A stretch of DNA of 60,111 nucleotides, the filler included. It is 6 parts of 6 records of this genome, joined end to end, with 100 filler letters (N's around TTAATTAATTAA, not from the genome) between each part and the next. Parts side by side here need not be neighbours in the genome. Positions count along the whole stretch, not along the records: positions 47,967 to 54,785 come from DRR723986_5477; positions 54,886 to 60,111 come from DRR723986_5495; 4 more parts are not named here. The stretch is one strand, 5' to 3'. Both the position numbers and the translations under genes were made by a program. How positions within the stretch are numbered: the stretch's first letter is position 1; each line of letters opens with the position of its first letter. This document shows, one piece after another, positions 51,953-60,111 of this stretch. The notes beneath the pieces were generated by a model. That model did no database searches. It was not told the DNA's origin and worked only from the letters and a program-made list of their open reading frames with translations.

Positions 51953-52735
51953 ATGGACACGGCGTTCTTCATAATCTCCAAGCTCATTGGGCTGGCCCTG
52001 CAGGTGGAAACCTGGCTTGTGATCGGCATGGTCCTGACACTGGCCGCGGGACGTTTTGCGCGCCCGCGCTTGGCACGCTGGAGCGGCAGAGTAACGCTTG
52101 CCGCACTCTTGGCAGTCGGCATCTTCCCAATTGGCGACATCTTGCTGCGCCCGCTGGAGGCAGAGTTTCCACCGCGGGCCGCCCCAGTACAAATCGACGG
52201 CATCGTTATCCTCGGTGGCGTTGAAGACCAACGGGCGACCGCCGCTTGGCGCGACCCACAGCTCAATGAAGCCGCAGAGCGCCTGACGGCGGCTGCGGCG
52301 CTTGCCATTGCGCACCCAGAGGCACGTTTGGTATTTTCTGGCGGCAGTGGCCGTCTGCGGAACACAGTATTAGGGCAGCCCGACATTCCGAGTGTCGCGG
52401 TTGATTTCTTCGTGTCTCTGGGCATCGACCCGGACCGGATCACATGGGAAGACCAATCCCGCAACACAGCCGAAAACGCGCGGTTGTCTTATGTGGTCGC
52501 GGCGCCGGCATCTGACGAGACCTGGGTTCTTGTGACAAGCGCATTTCACATGGGCCGAGCGCTTGCCAGCTTAGAGGCCGCTGGATGGGGTAAGATCATC
52601 CCACAACCAGCGGACTATCGCACGGGAAGTTTCATCGATGGCATTGGCTGGAACCTTGCTGGCAATCTCGAGGTTCTGAACATCGCTATCAAGGAATGGG
52701 TTGGGCGACTGGCCTATAGCGTGACGGGCCGATGA
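51953..52735 (+). CDS. YdcF/DUF218 (ElyC-like) membrane protein
   Basis: IVILGG, FSGGSG, EDQSRNTAENA, LVTSAFHMGRA, KEWVG. Confidence 0.9.
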   Translation: MDTAFFIISKLIGLALQVETWLVIGMVLTLAAGRFARPRLARWSGRVTLAALLAVGIFPIGDILLRPLEAEFPPRAAPVQIDGIVILGGVEDQRATAAWRDPQLNEAAERLTAAAALAIAHPEARLVFSGGSGRLRNTVLGQPDIPSVAVDFFVSLGIDPDRITWEDQSRNTAENARLSYVVAAPASDETWVLVTSAFHMGRALASLEAAGWGKIIPQPADYRTGSFIDGIGWNLAGNLEVLNIAIKEWVGRLAYSVTGR

Positions 52736-52738
52736 CGA

Positions 52739-53563
52739 TCAAACCAACCCGTCGCGCTGCGCCACATGCATGATGGCCTCGAGGAACCCTTTCACGGACC
52801 CACAGTCGAAGCGCTGGCCATTCAGCGTGACGGCTTCCACCTGACCGGCGGTGGCTTGTGTGTTGATCGCGTCTGCCAGTTGGATTTCGCCACCAGCGCC
52901 AGGGGCTTGGCCACGCAGGATATCGAAGATGTCAGGCGTGAGGACATAGCGGCCGATTGAAGCGAGGTTGGACGGCGCCTGTTCAAATGCCGGCTTTTCG
53001 ACCAGGCCAGCAACGATGCCTGCGGCGGCACCGGGCTGTACCACGCCGTATTTCGAGAGGTTGGGCCCATTGACCTCCATGACCGACAGCTGCGTGTGAC
53101 CTGAGGCCTCGTAGCCTTTGACAAGATCGGCGGTCACGCCCGATCCATCATAGGTCAGGAAGTCGTCGGCCAAGAGCACTGCGAAGGGATCATTGCCCAC
53201 AGCGCGTTCGGCGCAGAGGACAGCATGGCCCAGGCCCAACTGCTCCGGTTGGCGCACAAAAATGCATTCTACGCCTTGCGGCAGGATGTTGCGTACCATG
53301 TCGGCTTGGTCCGTCTTGCCCTTCGACCGCAGTGCGGTTTCCAGTTCCTGATTGCTATCGAAGTGGTCTTCGATAGCCCGCTTGTTGCGCCCCGTCACAA
53401 AGATCAGCGTATCAATCCCAGCTGCGATCGCTTCCTCGGCTGCATATTGGATCAGCGGCTTGTCGACGATTGGCAGCAGCTCCTTCGGCATGGCCTTGGT
53501 GGCCGGCAAGAAACGGGTGCCGAAACCGGCAACGGGAAATACAGCTTTGCGAACGGGTTTCAT
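52739..53563 (-). CDS. galU: UTP-glucose-1-phosphate uridylyltransferase
   Basis: KAVFPVAGFGTRFLPATKAMPKE, LGLGHAV, VEKP, GEIQLAD. Confidence 0.95.
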   Translation of the reverse strand: MKPVRKAVFPVAGFGTRFLPATKAMPKELLPIVDKPLIQYAAEEAIAAGIDTLIFVTGRNKRAIEDHFDSNQELETALRSKGKTDQADMVRNILPQGVECIFVRQPEQLGLGHAVLCAERAVGNDPFAVLLADDFLTYDGSGVTADLVKGYEASGHTQLSVMEVNGPNLSKYGVVQPGAAAGIVAGLVEKPAFEQAPSNLASIGRYVLTPDIFDILRGQAPGAGGEIQLADAINTQATAGQVEAVTLNGQRFDCGSVKGFLEAIMHVAQRDGLV

Positions 53564-53646
53564 ATTGGGGGTGACTTTCTAAACGTCGTCTTGTGTTGAA
53601 AATGCGGTATTGGTGGTTTTGGTGAGTTGTGGCGGAAACCGTGGCG

Positions 53647-54630
53647 CTATCCAGAATAACCGCCGGTTTGATACCAGCGCCAGGCATCGGCAATCATATA
53701 CTGCAGCGTTGAGCGCTCGGGCGACCAGCCCAATTCCTCGGCCGCGCGGCTGCTGCCAGAAACCAGCGCCGCTGCATCACCCGCCCGGCGTGGGCCAAAG
53801 CTATGCGGTACGTCTTGGCCCGTCGCTGCCTTGCATTCGGCAATCACTTCTTTGACCGAGAAGCCAGTGCCCGTTCCCAAGTTAAACTCTCGGCTGCCTT
53901 TGCCATCGAGAAGCCATTCGAGGCCTTTGATGTGGGCGTCGACCAAATCCATCACATGGACGTAATCACGCACGCAGGTGCCGTCCGGCGTTGGGTAATC
54001 CGTGCCATAGATGGTCAGGGCATCCCGCTTGCCGGCGGCGGCCTCAATCATCACCGGGATCAGATGGGTTTCGGGTTGGTGCCACTCGCCCACTTCGGCT
54101 TCAACGTCGGCACCTGCAACGTTGAAATATCGAAACACCACCGCCTCAAGACCGTGGCTCACGCCAAAATCGCGCAAGATCTCTTCCACCGCGCGTTTGG
54201 AGGCGCCATAGGCGTTGAGCGGCATCTGGGCGCTCTGTTCATCGAGTACAACGCCATCTTGATCGCCGTAGGTCGCACAGGTCGAGGAAAATACCATGTG
54301 CTTGCAACCCGCTTCCACCATGGCTTCGACCAAGTTCAGCGAGCCCAGCACGTTGTTGCGCCAATAGCGTCCTGGTTGGCGTGTCGCCTCACCCACCTGG
54401 CTCAGCGCTGCGAAATGCATCACCGCGACGGGCTCGTATTTGGCAAACACCGCATCCAACGCGTCACGATCCAGCAGATCGCCCTCAACGAAGGGGCCAA
54501 ACTTCACCGCGCTGGCCCAGCCTGTGACGAGGCTGTCAAAAGTCACCGGTAAATAGCCCTGCCGCGCCAGCAGTTTGCAGGCATGAGAGCCGATGTAGCC
54601 AGCGCCACCCGTGACCAAGACATGTTTCAT
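53647..54630 (-). CDS. galE: UDP-glucose 4-epimerase
   Basis: VTGGAGYIGSH, FSSTCATYG, YGASK, RYFNVAGA, DGTCVRDYVHV; ATG 54630. Confidence 0.93.
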   Translation of the reverse strand: MKHVLVTGGAGYIGSHACKLLARQGYLPVTFDSLVTGWASAVKFGPFVEGDLLDRDALDAVFAKYEPVAVMHFAALSQVGEATRQPGRYWRNNVLGSLNLVEAMVEAGCKHMVFSSTCATYGDQDGVVLDEQSAQMPLNAYGASKRAVEEILRDFGVSHGLEAVVFRYFNVAGADVEAEVGEWHQPETHLIPVMIEAAAGKRDALTIYGTDYPTPDGTCVRDYVHVMDLVDAHIKGLEWLLDGKGSREFNLGTGTGFSVKEVIAECKAATGQDVPHSFGPRRAGDAAALVSGSSRAAEELGWSPERSTLQYMIADAWRWYQTGGYSG

Positions 54631-54670
54631 GCAATTGCCCTTCAAACACGCGATTAAGAAATATCCAGGT

Positions 54671-54785
54671 TCAAACCGACCGCAACTGATCGGCTCCCAC
54701 CGCAACCCGGGTCTGACCGCCCATGATCTCCATCAGGACCCAGACGCGCCGATCCGGCGCGATCTTTTCCACCTCTGCCACAAAA
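54671..54785 (-). CDS. C-terminal fragment of a NusG/RfaH-family antiterminator (KOW domain), 5'-truncated
   Basis: Manual translation: FVAEVEKIAPDRRVWVLMEIMGGQTRVAVGADQLRSV*. Confidence 0.7.
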
Positions 54786-55270
54786 NNNNNNNNNNNNNNN
54801 NNNNNNNNNNNNNNNNNNNNNNNNNNNNNTTAATTAATTAANNNNNNNNNNNNNNNNNNNNNNNNNNNNNNNNNNNNNNNNNNNNCTCACAGTTGCGGGG
54901 GCAGTCACGGATTTGACGCTTTTTATTGCGCCGCACCGTATTCCCTTTTTGCCCCAGCATAGTGCCGGGACAAACCATCGCAGCCATGTAGAAAAACGAA
55001 CTCTGCCCTGTCAAGCGACCTGTGCAACAAATGCTAGATTAACGCATGGTGGAGTACGAAACGTTGCAAAGGTGGCGTGCTGAGCAAAACGACCCCGCGC
55101 TTTGTCCGGGCACCGTGCGTTGGATGACGTACCCCATCAGATGACCTCTTAGGGTTTGTTGTGATGAAAACTCTTTCTGATTTGGGTCTTTGCCGCTGTT
55201 TCATTTGTTTTTTGGCCTTGGGAATTGCTGGGAAGGATTTTGGCGGAGCAGGTAAATGTGCTAAAATATA

Positions 55271-55633
55271 TCAGGCAATTGGTTGAGATATCACGATTTC
55301 TTCGCCACCCTCGGCTTTGGTGTAGAAACAACTTTTGCGATATGTGTGACATGCAGCGCCGACCTGATCGACGATTAGCAGGATACAGTCCCGATCACAG
55401 TCAAAGCGCAATTCAATGAGGGATTGGATATGGCCCGAAGTATCGCCCTTGCGCCAGAATGAGCTGCGGGATCGGGACCAGTACACGACCCGGCCCGTAT
55501 CCATTGTTTCACGTATCGAAGCGGCATTCATCCAGGCCAGCATAAGAACCTCTCCGGTCTCACTCTCTTGCGCGATAGCCGGGATCAGGCCGCGGTCATC
55601 AAATTTTAGACTATCAATGTCGAAGGCCGTCAC
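55271..55633 (-). CDS. hisI: phosphoribosyl-AMP cyclohydrolase (paralog in a Zur operon)
   Basis: GLIPAIAQ, VLMLAWMN, WSRSR..FWRKGDTSG, DCDRD, ACHT..SCF; GTG start. Confidence 0.93.
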   Translation of the reverse strand: MTAFDIDSLKFDDRGLIPAIAQESETGEVLMLAWMNAASIRETMDTGRVVYWSRSRSSFWRKGDTSGHIQSLIELRFDCDRDCILLIVDQVGAACHTYRKSCFYTKAEGGEEIVISQPIA

Positions 55634-55687
55634 TTTTCGCTCTTTCTATCCGTAGGGGGAAACTTGATGCAGATGCTTTGGAGCGCG

Positions 55688-56161
55688 TCAGGGTTGATAC
55701 GGAAGAGAGGAATGGTGCAGCACGAGACGCACAGATCCTTGATCGTCTTTCTTGTAGCCAAAACTCTTGTCGACCTTCGTGACGTTTCCGTCCTTGTCGG
55801 TCAGCATGACCCAGCCCATCCACATTGCCACATCGCCCTCAATGAACTCCGCTGAGGTCGTGCAATCCATGGAGCGCCAACCCCTGATCGCAAACCCGGT
55901 ATCCAGAGGGTAGTCGTCAGAATGGCCCACGAAATAGGCCAATGCACCGTCTTTGCTTGGGCGAAACGTCTGATCCCCACTGGCCATGGTCGGCTTGAAC
56001 AGAACCGGGGCAAAATTATAGCCATAAACCTTGTCCAGATGGGCAGCGGCGACTTTACGCGCCATATCGATGCCACCCTCTTCAAAAGCCTTGGAAATAG
56101 CGATTTTGCCCGCACCCCAAGCGTTGCGCGCTGCGATCAGATCCTCGGTGGTTATCGGCAT
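55688..56161 (-). CDS. COG4337 / iota-class carbonic anhydrase-like protein (NTF2-like fold), no signal peptide
   Basis: VLFKPTMA, ALAYFVG, D.GFA..GW, KVDKSFGY and C-terminal LHHSSLPY. Confidence 0.8.
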   Translation of the reverse strand: MPITTEDLIAARNAWGAGKIAISKAFEEGGIDMARKVAAAHLDKVYGYNFAPVLFKPTMASGDQTFRPSKDGALAYFVGHSDDYPLDTGFAIRGWRSMDCTTSAEFIEGDVAMWMGWVMLTDKDGNVTKVDKSFGYKKDDQGSVRLVLHHSSLPYQP

Positions 56162-56805
56162 CAGATTTCCTCTTCCGGGTCGGCAATGGGGTCAAGCACA
56201 AGCAGTAGTCGTGTTTCGCCGCTACCCGCAATCGGAGGAGAGCGGTGCCGAAGGCCCGTTGGGGGCCGTTCAGGCCAACGGGTGCCGCGCAGTAGGATCG
56301 GTGTCCCGGTCGGCACGGTAAAGATACGCTGGGGATCACACCCTTCTCTTGCGGTGCCATATTGCGTACCCGTGCCTCGATAGGTGCAGATCAGCCGCGC
56401 GGTGATGGCGTCCACGTGGAATTTGCGGCAGGCATTTGTTGTCACCACCTCAAGCCGCAGGCGGAGCCATTTTGCCTGCATCACCCGCGAAAAAATATCA
56501 GCCAGCGCAGCAATGTCATCGATCAGGTGGTCGCGCTCGGCACAATTGGGAGTGCCGGTGCTGTCGCAGATGTGCTGAATCGTCTCGCGCACCGCTTCCG
56601 GCCTTAAGATCACCCGTGCGCTTGGAAGCCGCGTCGGGTCCAATGCATCAATCCATTTCTGGAACGACGGCAGAGGACGCCGTTGCCATACGGCCCCAGC
56701 GCAACCGGGGTTATGCAGCGCTGATAGCTCTTGGGCGTTCTGGACCAAGCTGACACCCGCCGGCGTGTGCTGCATTATTTCCCCGAGGAGTTCAGTCTTC
56801 ATCAT
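56161..56805 (-). CDS. DUF1826 family protein
   Basis: [36 protein letters not shown] (cupin/2OG-like H-x-D...H). Confidence 0.85.
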   Translation of the reverse strand: MMKTELLGEIMQHTPAGVSLVQNAQELSALHNPGCAGAVWQRRPLPSFQKWIDALDPTRLPSARVILRPEAVRETIQHICDSTGTPNCAERDHLIDDIAALADIFSRVMQAKWLRLRLEVVTTNACRKFHVDAITARLICTYRGTGTQYGTAREGCDPQRIFTVPTGTPILLRGTRWPERPPTGLRHRSPPIAGSGETRLLLVLDPIADPEEEI

Positions 56806-58013
56806 CGTTGTCCCCAGAGCGGGAAAGGATCGGCAAGGTTGGCCCAGTCCTGCGGTGCAAACTCATCTGTATCCATCAAGGCCGCATTCAGGCGGGCCTG
56901 CAGAGCGTCTTGGTCATAGCCGACCCCGATGAAAACGATTTCCTGACGGCGGTCACCCCAAGGTTCGACCCAATTTTGGGCAATCTCTGCCTGTGCTTCC
57001 GGATGTGTCGGCAGGCGGTCTTCGGGAACGGCGGCCCACCACATGCCCAGCGGTTTGACCGACGAAAGGGCTCCGGCGAGGCTGAATTCTGCGGCCCATT
57101 GCGGCCGTGTCGCAATCCAGAAATGTCCCTTGGCACGGATCACGCCAGGCAGATCCCCGTTCAGCACCTCCAGCAGTTTCTGAGGATGGAACGGCGCGCG
57201 GGCATGATAGGAAAACGAAGTGATCCCGTATTCTTCGTCCTCGGGCGTGTGATTGGCAAACCCATAGAGTTCCTTGGCCCACATCGGATGTTCATGGGCG
57301 GTGTCGAAATCGAACAGGCCGGTGTCCAAAATGGCCTCAGCGGGGATCTCGGAATGATCGGTCTCGATGATCTTGGCGTCGCCATTCAGGGCGCGAATGA
57401 TTTTGCGCGCGTTGTCCGTGCGTTCGGGGCCTGCATCAGTGATCTTGTTCAAGATCACCACGTCCGCGAACTCTATCTGCTCGGTCAACAGGCTGACGAG
57501 GCTGCGGCTGTCCTCTTCGCCCAGCGATTCGCCGCGATCATTCAGGAAATCATGGCTTGAGAAGTCCTTGAGCAGGTTCACGGCGTCCACCACTGTGACC
57601 ATCGTATCCAATCGCGCTACATCCGAAAGGCTTTCGCCCAGCTCATCACGGAAATCAAAGGTGGCGGCGACGGGAAGCGGTTCGGAAATCCCTGTGCTTT
57701 CGATCAAAAGATAATCGAAGCGGCGTTCTTCCGAGAGCTGGCGCACTTCTTTCAGAAGGTCGTCTCGCAGGGTGCAGCAAATGCATCCGTTGGACATCTC
57801 GACAAGTTTCTCTTCTGAACGCGATAGTTCAGTGCCGTCGCGTACCAAATCGGCGTCGATGTTCACCTCGGACATGTCGTTGACGATCACCGCCACACGT
57901 CGTCCTTCGCGGTTGTTCAGCACGCGGTTCAGAAGCGTGGTTTTTCCTGCCCCAAGGAAACCAGATAGCACGGTAACCGGAAGGCGGGTATCGGTGTTAG
58001 TTGCGTCTTTCAT
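56802..58013 (-). CDS. zigA: COG0523 zinc metallochaperone GTPase (ZigA/YciC type)
   Basis: [44 protein letters not shown]. Confidence 0.92.
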   Translation of the reverse strand: MKDATNTDTRLPVTVLSGFLGAGKTTLLNRVLNNREGRRVAVIVNDMSEVNIDADLVRDGTELSRSEEKLVEMSNGCICCTLRDDLLKEVRQLSEERRFDYLLIESTGISEPLPVAATFDFRDELGESLSDVARLDTMVTVVDAVNLLKDFSSHDFLNDRGESLGEEDSRSLVSLLTEQIEFADVVILNKITDAGPERTDNARKIIRALNGDAKIIETDHSEIPAEAILDTGLFDFDTAHEHPMWAKELYGFANHTPEDEEYGITSFSYHARAPFHPQKLLEVLNGDLPGVIRAKGHFWIATRPQWAAEFSLAGALSSVKPLGMWWAAVPEDRLPTHPEAQAEIAQNWVEPWGDRRQEIVFIGVGYDQDALQARLNAALMDTDEFAPQDWANLADPFPLWGQR

Positions 58014-58028
58014 GGGGTAAACCTATTC

Positions 58029-59090
58029 TCAAGAGATGTTTGTACGGCGCAGCATGTCGAAGCTTTGCTCCAACTCGGCGCCTGGAATATCGCGGGCAAT
58101 GATGACGATACGGGACTGGCAGTCATCGCCGGGCCAATCGTTAATCGGGATCGGTGGATCAAAGATGTTCTGAACCCCGTGGAACACGAAAGGCACATCG
58201 ATCCCTTCAAGGAACACGACACCTTTGACACGCAAGAGGTTGTTGCCGCGCCACGCGACCAGCGCATTTAACCAGTCATCAAAGGCTGTCCCGGACAGCG
58301 GTTCATCCAAAATGACCGACTCCGTTTCGATCCGAGTATCATGGCGCGAGAGTGTGGCGAGGGTCGATGTTGGTGTGGCAAATCCCGACAAGTTGGCAAA
58401 CGGATCTGGTTCTGGCACGGCGGGCGCTTTTCGACCTGTGGTCCATGACAGAACATCGCTATGACCCACACCTGTGCGCAGTCCGCTCAGCCCCCAAAGC
58501 TTGCCACTTAGACCAGCACCGCGCACGGCATGGGTGATGCGCGCAGTTGGGTTCAAACCCCGCAGCCGTTCTTCTAGCAACACCACCTGTTCCGGTCCGA
58601 TCAGATCGGCTTTGCTCAGCACGAGAAGGTCGGCCATCGCAACCTGTGACACCGCTTCAAACTGAGCGTCCAACGTTTTAGGGCCATTGGCCGCATCGAC
58701 CACGGTAATCACCCCATCCATGCGGGTTCTTTGCGCGAGAAAGCGTTCAACCAGCAGCGTTTGCAGGATCGGCCCCGGATCGGCGAGGCCCGTAGTTTCG
58801 ATCACCACCCGGTCAAAATCGAAATCGCCACGCTCGCGCCTCTCAAACAGGCTGGCAATGGTGTCGGCAAGCTCTCCGCGCACGGTGCAGCACAGGCATC
58901 CCGATTGCATAAGCGTGACGTCATCATTCGAGGTCTCCATAAGGTCATGATCCAGGCCAACTTCGCCAAATTCATTAACGATTACAGCGATGCGCCCAGA
59001 GGATGCGTCGGCCAGTAGCACGTTCAGAAGCGTTGTCTTGCCCGCGCCGAGGAAACCGGTAAGCAGGGTGACAGGAACACGAGAATCCAT
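58029..59090 (-). CDS. COG0523/CobW-family GTPase (second paralog)
   Basis: [39 protein letters not shown]. Confidence 0.92.
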   Translation of the reverse strand: MDSRVPVTLLTGFLGAGKTTLLNVLLADASSGRIAVIVNEFGEVGLDHDLMETSNDDVTLMQSGCLCCTVRGELADTIASLFERRERGDFDFDRVVIETTGLADPGPILQTLLVERFLAQRTRMDGVITVVDAANGPKTLDAQFEAVSQVAMADLLVLSKADLIGPEQVVLLEERLRGLNPTARITHAVRGAGLSGKLWGLSGLRTGVGHSDVLSWTTGRKAPAVPEPDPFANLSGFATPTSTLATLSRHDTRIETESVILDEPLSGTAFDDWLNALVAWRGNNLLRVKGVVFLEGIDVPFVFHGVQNIFDPPIPINDWPGDDCQSRIVIIARDIPGAELEQSFDMLRRTNIS

Positions 59091-59269
59091 CAGGAACCTT
59101 CCTCAAAGGTGTGAGCTGCGCGACCTCCACAGGTCCCGCTATAGGTCATGAAGGCCACCAATGACTTGGGCTGGTGGTGGTTCCCAGATTCAGCCAAGGC
59201 CGCCAGCAATCGAAAATTCACGGGTAACGCAAAAGCAGCCAGTCTATTTCCTGAATTTGCTCTTTCCAT
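59090..59269 (-). CDS. possible 59-aa leader ORF coupled to the first COG0523 gene
   Basis: ATG 59269 to TGA 59090 overlaps the next ATG (TGATG); MERANSGNRLAAFALPVNFRLLAALAESGNHHQPKSLVAFMTYSGTCGGRAAHTFEEGS. Confidence 0.35.
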   Translation of the reverse strand: MERANSGNRLAAFALPVNFRLLAALAESGNHHQPKSLVAFMTYSGTCGGRAAHTFEEGS

Positions 59270-59316
59270 ATTCTCACGTCATGCCTCGATACCTTGGTTG
59301 CTCCGTGTGATGCAGG

Positions 59317-59332
59317 ATGTTATAACATTACA
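59317..59332. promoter_or_regulatory. Zur box
   Basis: ATGTTATAACATTACA (perfect 12-bp palindrome ATGTTATAACAT) upstream of the COG0523-DUF1826-hisI operon. Confidence 0.8.
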
Positions 59333-59496
59333 CAATCAATTTTGAAGCTAAGCTGAACGAAGATCAATATCGCCACATAAATTCGGTGTTTTTTGCAGAA
59401 ACGAGATCGGCGCAGATCTGTTTCAAAACTTTGACCATTGACCTTCGTGGCGGTGAGCCTGTGTTATGATCGTCTGTATCCAATAGAAGGTTGATC

Positions 59497-59890
59497 TGAG
59501 GTGCCCTAGTTTCCTAGATGCCTGCTTCGTTCATTTTCTTCTGTTCTGTTTCATAGTCAACTGGCGATAGCATGCCCTTGCTTGCATGTTGGGCTGTAGA
59601 ACATCTCAATGTAATCGAACACGTCCTGTCTTGCCACGTAGCGTGTGATGTAAGTTCGCCGCCTGATCCTTTCACGCTTTAGGAGTTGGAAGAACCATTC
59701 AGCAACGGCGTTGTCATGGCAATTGCCACGCCTACTCATGCTGGCATCCAAATTGTGTTTGCTGAGGAACGATTGACGCTCTTTGCTGTTGAACTGAGAA
59801 CCCTGATCAGAATGGATCATGACTTTCTGTTATGGTTTGCGCCCCCAAATAGCAGCCAACAATGCTTGTAGTGCAAGATCTGTTGTTATG
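59497..59890 (-). mobile_element. degenerate IS3-family remnant (integrase core plus right end)
   Basis: DLALQALLAAIWGRKP*QKVMIHSDQGSQF...SMSRRGNCHDNAVAE with an internal stop; end ...CTAGGAAACTAGGGCACCTCA. Confidence 0.8.
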
Positions 59891-60111
59891 AGTGATTGTA
59901 TCGACCCGGGTGACCGCCGAGGATGATCTCATGGAATCATTCTCCCTTTGATCATGCAGTCAGAGGTAGTTGGAGGGGCGCTCCCGTTCTTACAGTTCGC
60001 CGCCATGGGTCTCTCACCGTGAATGTCTCCTTTTGGGGCCTGAACGCAGCATTCATAGGGTTTAGGCAAGGGCCGCTTTGAGCCGTTCGCGGAACTTTGC
60101 AAACTCCGCTT

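Overview
The window is not one locus. It is six unrelated contigs joined by 100-nt N spacers that carry an artificial TTAATTAATTAA all-frame stop linker. Taxonomy below is inferred from gene content and sequence style only. (1) 1-7531, Rhodobacteraceae-like: GcvT-family dimethylglycine/sarcosine dehydrogenase, MHYT histidine kinase, FAD-linked oxidase, gamma-glutamyltransferase. (2) 7632-29013, betaproteobacterial (Limnobacter-like): integron integrase with a LexA box, then an alkane/fatty-acid catabolic cluster (alkB, GMC alcohol dehydrogenase, fadH, acyl-CoA dehydrogenase, MaoC, thiolase, acyl-CoA synthetase, two AraC), a poly-Asp secreted mini-protein and two Gly/Leu-rich surface proteins. 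(3) 29114-41325, Marinobacter-like: nitrate assimilation island (NIT-ANTAR regulator, ABC transporter, nasA, NirB/NasB-like) with three sigma54 + ANTAR-hairpin + terminator leaders, an orphan hcp and a PP2C-kinase fusion. (4) 41426-47866, eukaryote-like and GC-rich: one >2000-aa ORF combining TMEM132-like, cohesin-like and dockerin-like regions with seven hevein-like repeats. (5) 47967-54785, alphaproteobacterial mobile region: XRE plus Cre-like recombinase, two TA modules (ParE frameshifted), polysaccharide genes and a NusG-paralog fragment. (6) 54886-60111, Rhodobacteraceae-like zinc-starvation operon: Zur box, two COG0523 GTPases, DUF1826, a COG4337/iota-type carbonic anhydrase-like gene and a hisI paralog, next to an IS3 remnant. 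The best candidates for undescribed biology are the putative Zn-independent carbonic anhydrase inside a Zur operon and the eukaryotic cohesin-dockerin-hevein scaffold protein.
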